Shown here in pieces: positions 1 to 12,790 of a stretch of 64,000 nt of DNA; position 1 is the stretch's first letter; each line of letters opens with the position of its first letter. The DNA is from Sphyrna mokarran. Its lineage: Eukaryota. The notes below the pieces were generated by a model, which saw only the letters and a program-made list of their open reading frames with translations, made no database searches and had not been told where the DNA came from. A program made the translations under genes and the position numbers. The stretch spans positions 45,012,001 to 45,076,000 of the forward strand of contig JAGIQG010000011.1 in the NCBI GenBank assembly GCA_024679065.1. The letters are read 5' to 3'.

Positions 1-1274
1 TTTGTATTTGATCCTATAGGGGATTCCTTACGCTATGTAGCTCGGTCCTCATTGTTCTGAGAGTGAGCACGTGCACATTTTACCACATGCTCATGGCTTT
101 CTCTATCCAATTATCTTGATAGTCCCCCGTTCTTTGTACTTTCCTTTCATTATCAATACGAAGGGAGGCACTGGTTACGATTATAATTAATAATCAATAT
201 TCCAAACCAACTGTAATGATATTTGCCAGTTGTGGAAAAATGATTTGTAGTATACCAATCCTTGAAGGTTTGTTGCATCGTTTATAACAATGGGGAAAAA
301 AATGTTGAATAAAAATATTTTAAAAAAGAGGCCAATGAATCTTCAGAAATTCTATGAAATAATTAAGTTCCTATATGAAGATTGAAAAATGAACTACAAT
401 TTATTAGAATTTTCAGGAGGCAATTAGTAGAGTATTGTATGTGAAGTGTCCATAAAAGCAACAACAATCCACAGAAACAATGGTTAATAAGTTAATTGAT
501 ATTGAAAAATTGCTTCACAATAGAAAGCAAAAGATGATGAATGAAAAAAGCTCTGTTGAATTCCCCAGAAGTTTAAATCTTTTGTAGCTGACATGGAATA
601 GAATACTTCCAGCACAATAATACAAAATTTCTCGAGAAACTCTAGCTATACAAACATGTGGTTAGTATTAACAGCATTTCAAGTGATTTGGTTTGATTAA
701 TTGGATAGGGCAGAGAAAAGTAGCTAGATTTTGCAAAGTACATATTTTGGAGCAAGAAATATTTTGACAAAATAAATAAGTGCTACTTTGGATAAATCTC
801 ACAGCACCTGCTACTTCTTGGAAATCTCCCACCAAAGTATTAATCCAGCTCATTTAGCTATTAAAATCAACTATTAGAAAGCTCATTTGTGGTAAGTGGT
901 CTCAGGCAAGAGAAGACTTTCAGTCTCTCTCGCCCATCCATTCAGAGTATTCCCTTGGTGCGCTCATTATAATCCTGAATGCCATTTGATGACAAGACCT
1001 GTCTAGTTCCTTCTTGAAACCAATTAAAGTTTCTTGTTTCCAGCACCCATACCAGTAGTCTGTATTCCACATACTTAGAACCCTTTAGGAAAATATTTCT
1101 CCTGACTTCCTCTTGTTATCCTTAATTTATAAATATAATCCTTTATGCTCTGGCTCTGTACGTAGCAAAACAGTTTACTTGGATTCAATTTGTCCAAACC
1201 ATTCATAAATCTTAAATATTTATATCCCCTCTCAGTGTTTTCTAAGAGAAAAAAATCCATCTTTTAATCTTTCA

Positions 1275-1355
1275 AAAGCAAAATACTGCAGATACTGAAA
1301 ATCTGAAATAAAATCAACAGGTCAGGCAGCATCACTGGAGAAAAACATAATTAAC
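1275..1355. repeat. Left arm of palindromic Penelope-like-derived element (split by insertion)
   Basis: AAAAGCAAAATACTGCAGAT...CAGGTCAGGCAGCATC...TTAAC is reverse-complementary to 4000-4070 (GCTGCCTGACCTG...TTTTATTTC). Confidence 0.7.
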
Positions 1356-3955
1356 GGGCATAATTTTCCAATTTTCAGATCGGGCCTGGTGGTGTCTTTC
1401 CCACTTGCCAGGTTCTGTGCTTGGAAATTCATTAATTATGCACAGTGAGTTCCTCTCTGGTGAGCCAGCAGCTGGTTCATCTGCCTAGCATCAACTGGCA
1501 GGTTTGAAGATCCTGCCTCAATATTTAAATATGAGTCCATTACATTTTTATCACTCTCTATAGCACTCTTGTCTTCATGAGGTCCTTCAACATGTCTGGA
1601 ATCCAGAAGCAAAAGGCACCACCCTTTACGTGCCCTCAAGGCCCTTATACAGCATGCCTGGGCCCACTGATATATTCTGTACCCCACGGACAGCTCAAAG
1701 CAGCACATGAACCTTATGTCTCTGGCTTGGGAGGCCCAGGAGGTCAGTGTTGTTACCATCTACCTGTGAAGCACCATCCAGTGCAGGAAGCAGATGAATG
1801 ATCTTATCCACTCTGCCAAGATAAGGCTTCTCTCTGCTCCGTCCACTATCGAACTCTCACATGGCATCAGGTTCTCAAATGGCTATCCTCTTTACAGATC
1901 TCATACATCTCTTGCACAACTGAATGTATCAAAATTTACACTCTCAACAAGACTTTCACAACACTACCATCTCATCTGTCTTACTGATCAAACTCCAATC
2001 TCTGTCCCTTATACCCGCACCAACTCCAGCTGTGCAAGCCTGAGTAGGAGACCTTTTTGAGGCAGGCCCCACCAGGACTTGGGACCCCCACAAGAGAATG
2101 TCTCTAGGGTCATCACAGGTATCAGGACGTAGCAGTCAGCAAACTACCTCTGCCCTTGCTGGTAATGTCAGGGCTAGAACAAGGCATAGTGATAGGTTAG
2201 GAAAACTAAAAAGTCTTGAGGTCACTTCAGAGTCATGGGTGCTCTACACAGTGAACAAGTTACACTTCTAAAAACCATTCCATGGATAAATGAATGTAGT
2301 GGTCTGATGAAAGTATTTTAGGTTTCGGTTTTTGCAATCTTCTTATTTTGAGTTTCAATTTTTCTCACATTCATCATGTCCCCTTTTAAGATTAAAATTC
2401 ACATGATGTCAACCTCTGTGGAACTTGTTACTTGTGTGTTGTCATGGAAATATATGTAATTCTTCATTAGGAGTGTATGATGGGTGAGCTCTCAATGTTT
2501 GGTCCTTAAGGGATAGCAATGGCTGAGAAGGACTCATCAGACATGTGACTCTCTGTACACCTGGGTTTCCTTACTAATACTGTCCCAAACCAAGATACGC
2601 AGTTTACAATGTAAGCCCTACACTGGTCCGTACGTCCTTTGCAGCAGTATTTTTCTTTCTTGGATAACGTAGGAAGCATCTAGATTTGACTCACGTTGCT
2701 GTTCTTCCTTGCTGGAGTTCAAGTTGAGAGAGTGAGTGCAATAGCAGGACACCAATGTTCATCCTACTATTTATTTTAATGAGTCATGAAGGTCTGCACT
2801 CTGACTTCTGTCTGCTAATTCATGAACTTAAATGGGAACTTTGACATGGCTCCCACTTTCAAAGAAAACGACAGACAACAGTAACCTTGATGGACAACAG
2901 TAATCTTCACAAAGCAATGCTTAGTGTTTGTGCAAACCATCCCTAATGTGCTACACTAACAGGCGTCCATCCCATAATCTGCAGCTTGTATGCATCCCCT
3001 TCTAGTCATACATTGCCCGTCTGTGTCTTGTAGCTTTGTCAGGGGTCAGTTTTCCTCCCCTTTGTCTTCCATTATCTGTCCTCTTCATTCACCTCCATGC
3101 CCCTCTGCCTGCCATCATGAACCCTTGCCCTCCTCCCTGGCTTTGCATAGCTCACTTTCTGCACTGCTTCCCTCGAGTTTGCCCTTCTTCCAACTTCCTG
3201 CTTGAACAGCCCTCCTTTCACATTACCTCTGTTTGCCATCCCTCCATCCCTGCTCTTTGCACAGTCCTCTTTCCATATTGCCCCCCATGTCTTCATCAGC
3301 CCATTTGTCTCACACCTGACCTCCCAGTCAAAACTTGGACTTTTTTTTAAATGAGGGCTGCATGAATCCCACAGCATGGTGCAGTCCAAACAGATACCAA
3401 GTATGTAGCACCAGAAGGAGAGGGGGCCAGAAGAGACTTCTGGACTCCTCAACTCCAGGCATATACTGATCTGACCCAGTAACACAGCAGGGTCCATGGG
3501 TCCAGCAGCAAAGTGCTGTCTATGAAGACCGACCACCATGGAGATAGAGAGCAGGAATCAGTCTGCCCCGGCAGAATAATTAACAATGCCTATGGAGCAG
3601 CAGAACACTGTGACTGGTAGGCTTTGTTACACTCACTTCAAAGGCTCTCACAAATTGAGACCCTGTTTGTGCATGCTACTCATTATCAATTGCTTTCAGA
3701 CAGTATAAACTCATGCTGACATGGCACAAAATTGGAAAACCTGATGAAATTCCAACTGGCAGCTATTTTAATGAGCATTTATGAGATGCAAATTAATGTA
3801 AATGGTATTCACACCACCTGTCAGCAGGAAGACCAACCTACTATTAACCATTGGGAAAATGCAATGCGATTTTATTTCAGTGGGTTTCTGACTTTTTGAT
3901 TCTCCAAGCCTGCTTGTCATCAAACCCAGCAGCAGTGTGAAGGGAAAATCTATCC
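1356..3955. mobile_element. Decayed PIF/Harbinger-type DNA transposon
   Basis: Imperfect TIRs GGGCATAATTTTCC ... GGAAAATCTATCC, AAC on both flanks (1353-1355, 3956-3958), decayed GC-richer interior. Confidence 0.55.
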
Positions 3956-4070
3956 AACTTTTCAATTTGACGATCCAACATCAGAAAGGTCAGTGACCTG
4001 AAATACTGACTTTGTTTCTCTCTGCTGCCTGACCTGCTGAGTATTTCCACAATTTTTTGTTTTATTTCAA
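3956..4070 (+). repeat. Right arm of palindromic Penelope-like-derived element with hammerhead stem II remnant
   Basis: AGGTCAGTGACCT hairpin followed by GAAA, then the arm complementary to 1275-1355. Confidence 0.65.
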
Positions 4071-4455
4071 TCTTTCCTCATTTATCAATTCCTAAAATTT
4101 TAAGATCAAATGTGTTGCTTTTCTCTGTACTCCTTCAACATCTGAATATCTTTCACGAAATAAAGGAACCAAAATGTACAGAGTACGCCAGATGTGGTCT
4201 CAAGGGGGTCAAACAATAATTTCAAAATAATTCTCTAGATTTATACACTACGTCCCTTGTTGTTAATCCCAAAAATATTAGATTTTTTTTTAATTGCCAG
4301 ATCGTTTAGTGATCTGTCTATTAAAACCCAGAGATCTTGCTCCTGCTCTAATAACTCAATTACATTTCCATTTAGCAAATAATCCATATCAGTTTATCTT
4401 TGTCAAATCTCGTTAGATTTAGGAGGTTGGTAGAATATTGGGAATGTTGGGTTTC

Positions 4456-4745
4456 TACAGTGGCACAATGGTTAACACTGCTGCCTGATAGTGCCAGGAA
4501 CCTGGGCTCAATTCCCGGCTTGGGTCGCTGTCTGTACGGAGTCAGCACGTTCTCCCTGTGTCTGTGTGAATTTCCTCTCGATGTTCCAGTTCCCTCCCAC
4601 AGTCCCAAAGACTTTCTGGTTAGGTGCCTTGGTCATGCTAATTTCTCCCTCAGTGTACCTGAATTGGCAGAGTGTGGCGACTAGGGGATTTTCACACTAA
4701 CTTCATGTCAGCCTATTTGTGACACTAATAAATAAATTCTAAAGT
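4456..4745 (+). mobile_element. HE1-type tRNA-derived SINE
   Basis: A-box-like TGGCACAATGG, B-box-like GGCTCAATTCC, shared central body and AATAAATAAA tail. Related copies at 34465, 43900, 51705, 56378. Confidence 0.85.
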
Positions 4746-4974
4746 TTTATGCTTTACTAGATGCCCAGGCTAATGCTCTGGAGACAAGGGGCAGGACCTT
4801 CCAGCTCTTCATCTGTCAGGATCTTCTGGTCCCACTGACCTGCTGAGAGTTTCCCATCGGTGTGGGGAAGAATCAATGAGAAATCCCAGAAGATCCTTTC
4901 ACCAGTCAATGGTCATCTACCTCCCACTACTAAGAAAAATGCTGCAAGGTGGCCAGAGAATCCGGTTCATGATT

Positions 4975-6129
4975 TCAAATCCCACCTCAACAATTGGGGG
5001 AGTTTAAATTCAATACATCTGGAATAAAAAGCTTGTCTCAGTAACGATGATCATGGAGCCACTGAATTGTCACAAAAATCCATCACTCTATCACTGTCAT
5101 TACCAAATCTGACTTAGATTTGACTCCAAACCCATCGCATCTCTCTGAAACAGTCTAGCAAGTCTCTCAATTGTATCAAACCACCATAGAACATTTAAAT
5201 GAGAATGGAAAAATCCGGACAGACCATACAATCCTTGCAAAATCTGACCTTAAAACTGAGCACGTTCTTTCTTGTGTTGTGTGGCACTACCAGTACTAAA
5301 GGGACTAGATTCAGAACAGAGCTAGCAGTTTAAAATTGGGCATCCAGTAGGTGTTGTGGGCTATCAGCAGCAGGACAGTTGTATTCAATCAAATCTATAA
5401 CATCATGACGCCCTATAGTCCCACCCTACTCTCATCATCAAGCCAGGAACCAGCCCTGGTTCAAAGAAGAGTGTAGGTGAGCATGCCACAATCATCAGAC
5501 ACATCTAAAAATGAGGTACCAACATAGTGAAGGTACAGGATTACGTGCTTGCTAAATAGGAAAATTAGCATGTTATAAACAGAGCCAAGCAATGTCACAA
5601 CCTTTTGATTAGATCAAACCTCTACAATCCTACATATCCAGTCATGAATGGTGTTAGACAATTGTTCAATTAAATGGGGGGGGATAATGCTCCAGCATGT
5701 TAATGAAGAGATTAAAACTGAAGCATTTGCAATCACCTTCAGTCAAAACTGCCAAGTGGATGATCCACCTTTGCCTCCTGTTAATGTTCAGACAACTTGA
5801 TTCACTTCATGTGACATCTAGAAATGGTCAAAGGTTTGATTGAGCAACAACATCATTCCAGCTATAATACTGAAGACTTGTGAGTCAGAACTAGCTACAC
5901 CCATACCAAATTGTTCTAGTACAGAAACAATGCCAGTATCTACCCACCACTGTAAAAAATGGCCAGGTATGTCCTGTCCACAAAAGGCAACTTAAATTCA
6001 ATCCAACAAATTTGTGCCCCATTTGTTTAGCATCATTCATTAGCAAAATGATGTTGTCAACTGTGCTGTCAAGCAGCACATACAGTAATCTGCTTCCCAA
6101 TATTCATTTTGAGCTCTGGCAGGATATTA
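4975..6129 (+). mobile_element. Decayed non-LTR retrotransposon (LINE) ORF2 fragment
   Basis: 5870-6050 reads as degenerate LKTC..ELA.P..KLF.YS...IYP...K..QVCPVHK.....NP.N..PI.L.S.ISKMM, the pre-RT region of APE-type LINEs. Truncated by the LTR at 6130. Confidence 0.75.
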
Positions 6130-9100
6130 TGTTGTTGTTTTTATGGCATCATCAAGAGATTTCAGTCTTTGTTAGGAACAAAAGACATTTAGTGATGAGA
6201 AACTTGTTACAAGAGGGTTACAGCTCTGGCTGCCATGAAGCAGAGCTCCAGTCCTTACATGCTGACAATTGGCCCCAGAGGTAAAATAGTTGAGAGAGGA
6301 CTCTCTCCCTCCAGTGTGATTACTTACTCTGGGTCCCATTGGTTTCTCAAGTTCTGCTGTACTGTCTTAAAAAGACAAATACCAGTCACACAACATCCCT
6401 TAACTTTGTGTTTTCAAAATCTACCTAAATTCTAAATAAACATTATACATAAGTTAGACACTTGTAAATTGATGTGGCAATTGTTCAAAGGAAGAATCTT
6501 CAGGCTTGCATTTATTATAACTCTTTCTCTATGCACATTTCCAAATTTAGTCTTGCATGGGATTCTTCCATACAGAGTTGCTGCTTTCTGAGTTACGTCC
6601 TAGACTGTGCATGACAAAGGACTACATTCTTCACTCTCCAATCCACTGATCCTTTTCTATATCAAGCACCTACCTCTACAATGCATTGCAGGTACCATCG
6701 TTATAATACAACATAGTTTTACATCTTGACAGTTCTTGCACTATATCAGTTTATCACTTGTGAAGGGAATGGTCACTGTACACTATTTCTAGTAAATAGT
6801 TCATGTGATAAAGTTTCTTCTCTTTCTAGCATTTCAATTTGGCATCTTTTCATCGACCCTGATACCATGTTAGTTACTGTGCATTTCTATTAGCATGACT
6901 ATTTCGGCAATTCTATTCTGGCACGTCATTTCAATTTCCATCTCTGCCTGAATTGTTGCTTTGTCTAGTTCTCTCCGACATAACCTCTTCAACTCGGTGG
7001 CTTCATTTTCTAATCTTCTCCTTCTGTCTTCTGTGTCAGTTAATTTATGCCTTGGACACGAGTGGTTCTTTACTCCATCATTCACTTCTAACAACATTTG
7101 ATAACAATCTCTCCCTTCTCATGCTTTGCATATTTTCAGATAACTGACATTTTCTTTTAGTAGTTGCAACTAACTATACTTTTATGTTCAATATTTCTTC
7201 CTTTTTTTTAAAAATTAGGCATTTATTTTGCCAACTTGTTCAACAGTTGTATTCTCTGTTTGGATTTGTCCATTGCTATGTCCTCCACAGCACCATCAAA
7301 TACCTGACAGTTTCTACCTGTCTGCAGAATTCCAATTTCTCTTGCTCATTTGTGTATTCCACACGACTGGTAGTTGGTCATTTAATTGGACCTCTGGAGA
7401 ATTCCCAATATTGTTCTGGTGAATGACAGCTGTGCTCTATTTCTACTTCAACAGTACAGTGATTCTTGCTGTAGATGATACAGGATGTCCTACATGAGCA
7501 CCATGGACCAAATCTTTGATGCATTTCACTCTGAGGCCAGCAGTTCTCTTACCGATCACGAAACCAATAATATCCATGAAATGGGATTTCCTTAGCTCTT
7601 CTCAAGTTCCATGAAATGACGTCTGTTGCCAAATTCCACTTATTGTCTCAACCCGTTTTACCTTATATTCATGGCTTCATGCTCTTACTCCAGTTCCTTC
7701 ATTACTTGCTAGTGAATCTTTCTTACTGAGCCTAATAGAATTCCTACTTTCACCTTTTTCATAGTGCCAGATTTTTTCTTAGCTTTGATATAGCTGAGCT
7801 GCTTCTCATTTATATTAGGGGTCATAAACTTTTAACTCATCTTCTATTTGCTGTAATTTTCAGTGAAGTTCATCCAACCTTTTTTTCTCCTTCACTTTTA
7901 ATACTTCTGGTTTCTCTTACTTTCTGACTGATTACAGCTTCATTGTTTGCATGTAGTAGTTTATTGCTAAAATGTTCATGCTTATTCCAGTACAAAAGGA
8001 TGGCATGCAACTCTTTTTAAGCTCTCCATTTAGTAATTTAGGGTCTTTTGTTGCTCTGCTTTTGGCTGTCTCCCTCTCCATGGTTTCTTAGCACCCCCCT
8101 CTAAGGGAACTTCTACTACCTACTGTGAATATGGCATTGCCTCTTGTTTGAGGCTTATTACCTCTTCTGAGCTCCAGTATTGCCTCTTTCTTGAGGTCTT
8201 AATTTTCTTCAAGGTCTTGCATTGCTTACAGACCCCCTTTTTCTTAAAAAAAAGAGGGGCCCTTTTTAGAGTTGCTCTCTGCTTAGCTCTTCACAGATTT
8301 TCCTGTCTCTTGTCCTTTGTTCCTTATTATGGTTGTTGCATTAAATCTTGTAAACTTTGAATGCATTACCTCTTTACATGCATTATTGCTTTAACTGTCA
8401 AAGTTTCTTTTAACTGCCACAGCTGCCATTCCTGTCTATGCTTTTCCTACACTTAAGGTTTTGATGAGAACCTATGTTTGGATCTTTTTGTTAGAAGTTT
8501 TAAAACCTTTTCAGCTAGTGCAAGTTTTTTTTATATCAATTTCTGCAGTTTTCCTCTCTTTTCCTGCCAGCTGCAGAATTTCTTTCCTGCTTGTAACATC
8601 ACATTTTTTGTTAATTTTACCACTGGCTCTAGTTGGAGTTTTTAAAAAAATTTTCAAGTGGTTAGCACTGCTGTCTCATAGCGCAGAACCTTGGGTGACT
8701 GTCTGGGTTTCCTCCAGGTGCTTCGATTTCCTCCCGTGATCCAAAGATGTGCAGATTAGATGGTTTAGCCATGTTAAAATTGCCTCGATATGTCCAAGGA
8801 TGTATAGATTGGGAATAAGCCATGATAAATGTGTGGGGTTATGGGGATAGGACAGAGGGGAAGGACTAGGTGGGTTGCTCTTTCAGAGAGTCAGTGCAGA
8901 CTCAATGGGCCAAATGGCCTCCTTTTTTCACTGTAGTGATTCTATGATTTATTTTCAAACAGTTAGAGATCTTCTCCTCTGTCAGAAACTTCCAACCCGC
9001 AGTCCTTCAATGCAGGGACTGGTACAGGGACACCCCACAGGCTCTACTCAGATCAGTGGCCCTCGTTTTAGCTTTTTCATTTCCTTGTGCTTTTGGGAGA

Positions 9101-9430
9101 TGTCCTGCAGTTCCTTGGGGCATTTTTTCCATGTTTACTCCTGGACTTGTTTAACTGGAGCACATCTCTTTCTTCTCTTTCCAGATTATTTTTAAATTTG
9201 AAACAGTTTCAAGCTGGGTATATTGCCTTTTATACTGCTGTCCTGTCTGTTTTATTAACGTTTCTTTTTTTCTAAGGCTCCTGGACATTAATCTCTCTTC
9301 GTTAAAATTCTTCTTTTATATTTCCAAACCTCTTTATTCATTGGCCATACCAGTTGCGTTACTTCAAATGCCTCTCAGGGTCTGACACAAGGTCAACAAC
9401 TCTTCACCGAGTCGATATTCCTCTTTTCCA
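6130..9430 (-). mobile_element. LTR element: 3' LTR (6130-6395) plus purine-rich internal region with decayed charged/coiled-coil-like coding sequence
   Basis: On the minus strand AAAGTTAAGGGA (PPT-like) precedes TGTTGTG and the LTR ends ...CAACA. LTR and internal segments are homologous to 35270-36430. ORF 6870..7097 is E/K/R-rich. Confidence 0.7.
8655..8950 (+). mobile_element. HE1-type SINE (CR1-like tail) nested in the LTR element
   Basis: GTGGTTAGCACTGCTG head, GGGTTTCCTCCAGGTGCT body, GGGCCAAATGGCCTCCT...TCTATGATT tail. Confidence 0.8.
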
Positions 9431-9896
9431 ACTTCAATTAAACCAGATATCACAGATAGGTTATCAGTAGTTTTGAGAGCACTATGTCAATCTGCTGTCT
9501 GTGTTGTTAGTAAAATTTAATGAGTGCTGAGTTAATAAGTTGTCAGTGGTATGGCATGGCTGTGGATGCGAAGTTCATGAGGTGGGAAAAAGGATGTGGT
9601 AATACTTAAGGAAGTGGGCCTGACAGACTGTGTGGATGAGACCCCAAAAGAGAAAGACAACAAGGTGCAGTGTGGATGTGTGTGTGTGTGGGGATGTGTG
9701 CGTGTTAATATAGCATGAGAAGAATGGTGCCTATTAGTCTTGCCTATCCCTAATGCAGAAAATAATTATTCCCTCAAACATTGCTGAGATTCATGCTCAT
9801 TAAACTAATCGGCCCTCATGAATTAACTCTTCATGTCAGCTTCTGTAGTGACTTGAAGCCCAATTGAAAAAAAAATTTTTTACGGAATGCAAGCTA

Positions 9897-11960
9897 TGAT
9901 GTACAAGAACAAGTCCCTGCTTAGGGCTTCCATTCCACAGGCCCAGTTCTGGGCCTGCCTTACAAAAGGTTCAGGTCATGAGTTCCAGTTGTGTAGGCCA
10001 CTGCCTGTTACCAGGGAAACTCGTACTCAATGAGATCAATCCTACAGGAGATCAATCAGTGATTTCCCCATGGACCTCCTGGGAGTTGTCACATCCATCT
10101 CTCCCCTCCCCCAGAGTCTAAAGATTCACCCTCGCTCCCATGGCAATGGAACCTTTTCCATGGCCTTAATTCGATCGCATATAGAATCTGGTTGAAGGTG
10201 AATGTAATGGATAGATGGATGCCTTTCATCAAAAAGCCACTACAGGAGCCTTGTCCTTGATGGTGACCTCTGGCTAGGTGTCTACTGCCTCCACTTCCAT
10301 ATCTAAACCAGAATCCTTATCCTCCATATGACTGGCTCTTGAGTCTTTAGAGAGCGGAGTTTCCCATGTATAGGCCAGCGTGAAGGATGGGGGAGATGAT
10401 GTGCTGCTGGGGCAGGCGGCTCAAGACATTCGCGTTGCAACATGTCTTCCTGGATGATGTTCTGAGGTATATTCGTAGGTAACGAATAATAGTGCCCAGC
10501 ATTGGATACAGGCTGATGCGAAGGGAAGAATCACCTTGTCTTCCTTCACAAGGCCCAACAGAAGTTTGTGATCAGTTACTATAATGAAATGCTGACCACG
10601 GACGTACTGGTGGAACTTTTTTCACCAGAAACACCATGGCCAATCCTTCTTTTTTTTGATCTGGACATATTTTCTCTCTGCATCCGAGATGTGTATGAGA
10701 TTGGACATTCTGTGCCATCATATTGCTCCTATACCACAGGGAAAGGTGTCTCAGGTTACAATGAGTGGTCTCAGGGAGTTATAACAGGCTAGTATATTTG
10801 TTGACAGCAATTGCTGTTTGACACATGCAAAGGCTTCCTCTTGTTACCTTTGCCACAAGCATTTCTGATTTTTTTTTTAACTATATGGACAGGAGTCAGT
10901 AGGATTGCCATTCGGTATGAATTTTCCATAGTAATTTATGAAACCTAAGAAAGGCTTCAACTCTGAATGTTCCTTAGAGTCAGAGTCTTCCTATGCCTTT
11001 ACCTTCTCTTTGACAGGGTATAATCCACTTTCGTCAACTCTGTACCCAGTGTTGACAATTCTCTTCTTTACCATGAAAACATTTTTCCTTTTAATCGGAC
11101 GTCAGCATCAAATAAATTCCATAAGACCTCCTCCAAACTGTCCAAATGTTTCTTTGCAGTAGCTCTTGAGATTAAATCATCATCCAGGTAGACTGCCACT
11201 CTGGGCACCCCTTGAAGGATGTTCTCCATCACCCTTTGAAAAGTGGCACTTGCCAAAGACAACCTAAAGGACAAATGAGTATTCTTGTACACTTCTTTGA
11301 GAGTATTTATGGTGACATATTTCCTGGATAACACCTGAAGCAAGTTGGAAGTAAGTGTGGCTCATGTCTAATTTGTAAAATATATGATATCCAGCTACCT
11401 TCGCGTACAAGTTTTCTATGCGTGGCCAAGGGTATCTGTGTAAGCAGGAGGCTCTGTTGCTGCAAACTTATAACGGATGGACCAAATTGTCAGTTTTTAA
11501 AACTGAGATTGCTGGCACGGCCCATTTTGAAAATTGTACAGGGTGTATAATTTCAAGTTCCTTTAGACATTCCAATTCGGCCTCTATTTTGGCATGTAGG
11601 GCAGAGGGGACCAATCGTGCTTTGAAGTATTTAGGTTGGGCTTCGCATAAATCTTAACCCTAGCACCTCTAATCTTCCTGAGGCCTTGGAACACTTCAGA
11701 ATACTTCCCAATGACTTTGTATAAATTGCCACTACCCATTTTAAAGAATGTTGCCAATCCAGATTGATTGCCAATCCCTTCCAAAAAGTCTGGACTCTGG
11801 TCCTTGCACCACTACTAGGGGGAGTTCAACAGTCTGGTTGCCTGTGAGTAACTGGCGTTACAATGGCCCCAACAATATGTAAAGCCTTCCTAGTACGTGT
11901 AGCCTCAGTATCCCAGTTTTAAAAACAAAATGCTCAATTGAAACCTCTTGTCAAAGACCC
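9897..11960 (-). mobile_element. Gypsy/Ty3 LTR retrotransposon relic (RT fragment, PPT, 3' LTR 9897-10093)
   Basis: ORF 11068..11343: ...SATFQRVMENILQGVPRVAVYLDD (YxDD). Upstream P..FKAR.VP-like and YPLPRIE-like segments. Purine tract 10094-10112 followed by TGTGACAAC. LTR homologous to 38992-39170. Confidence 0.9.
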
Positions 11961-12790
11961 TAGTGATGGAGGGGACAACCAGATAGGATACCAGGGGCGA
12001 CTCTGACAGGGCAAAGCCATTGACCAGGACTGGGGAAGTAATGAAGATGGAAGGGTACCTGAGATGTGAATAAGTGGTATCCCCCAGCTAAGGTGAAGGG
12101 CTGGCTAGTCAGTGGATAGGAGATCAGTGGGTGAGGGAGATTCTAAAGTAGTCACTGAACGACCAACCTGACTGTTTTTTTCTCTCTCTGATCCCTCGCA
12201 GTTACTGATGGAGATTGGAATGGATCCAGTGGAGCTGGCAATTCTGCCAATTACAGTGCTGGAGCAGCACAGACTCTAGCAGCAATGACCGATGACACTC
12301 AGGAGACACTCAGGACCTGGAGGCAACAGGACAGGCTCAAGGCAACTGTCGCCAAACAAGGGGTTTGAATGTGAAGGAGACTGAGGGTTTACAGGACCCA
12401 TTTGGTCTTCATGGAGCTGTCAGACAACATGTGTCACAAGAGACTCTGCCTCTCCAGGGAGACCGCGTGGTACCTGTGCCACATACTGTCCAATTTGGTG
12501 CTATATGAAGGCAGAGGGTATCCCCCTCCTGTGACTGTGAAGGTCTTGGCAACTCTCAGCTTCTATGCGGTATGTTCGTCCCAGGGCTGCATGGGTGACA
12601 TATGTGGCATTTCAGTCCATAAATGCATCTGAGAGGCCAAGATGGACTCTGTACAAGGGCATTAGACTTAATTTCAACCTGGACTAAGTCCAGCAGGACA
12701 AGAAGTCTGTGGAATTCTTCAGCACAGTAGGTCTTCCACAGGTGCAGGGGTGGTCGACTGCATTCATGTCACTCTGTGCTCCGTGTGTCA
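11960..12790 (+). mobile_element. PIF/Harbinger transposase (HARBI1-like) pseudogene fragment
   Basis: RLCLSRETAWYLCHIL...PPVTVKVLATLSFYAVCSSQGCMGDICGIS, then GLPQVQGVVDCIHV, which corresponds to the GFP.V.G.IDCTH first catalytic Asp motif. Contains stops. Confidence 0.85.

Noticed and set aside
2990-3539. Overlapping ORFs up to 155 aa
   Set aside because: Low-complexity pyrimidine-rich sequence inside a decayed transposon; no host protein motif.
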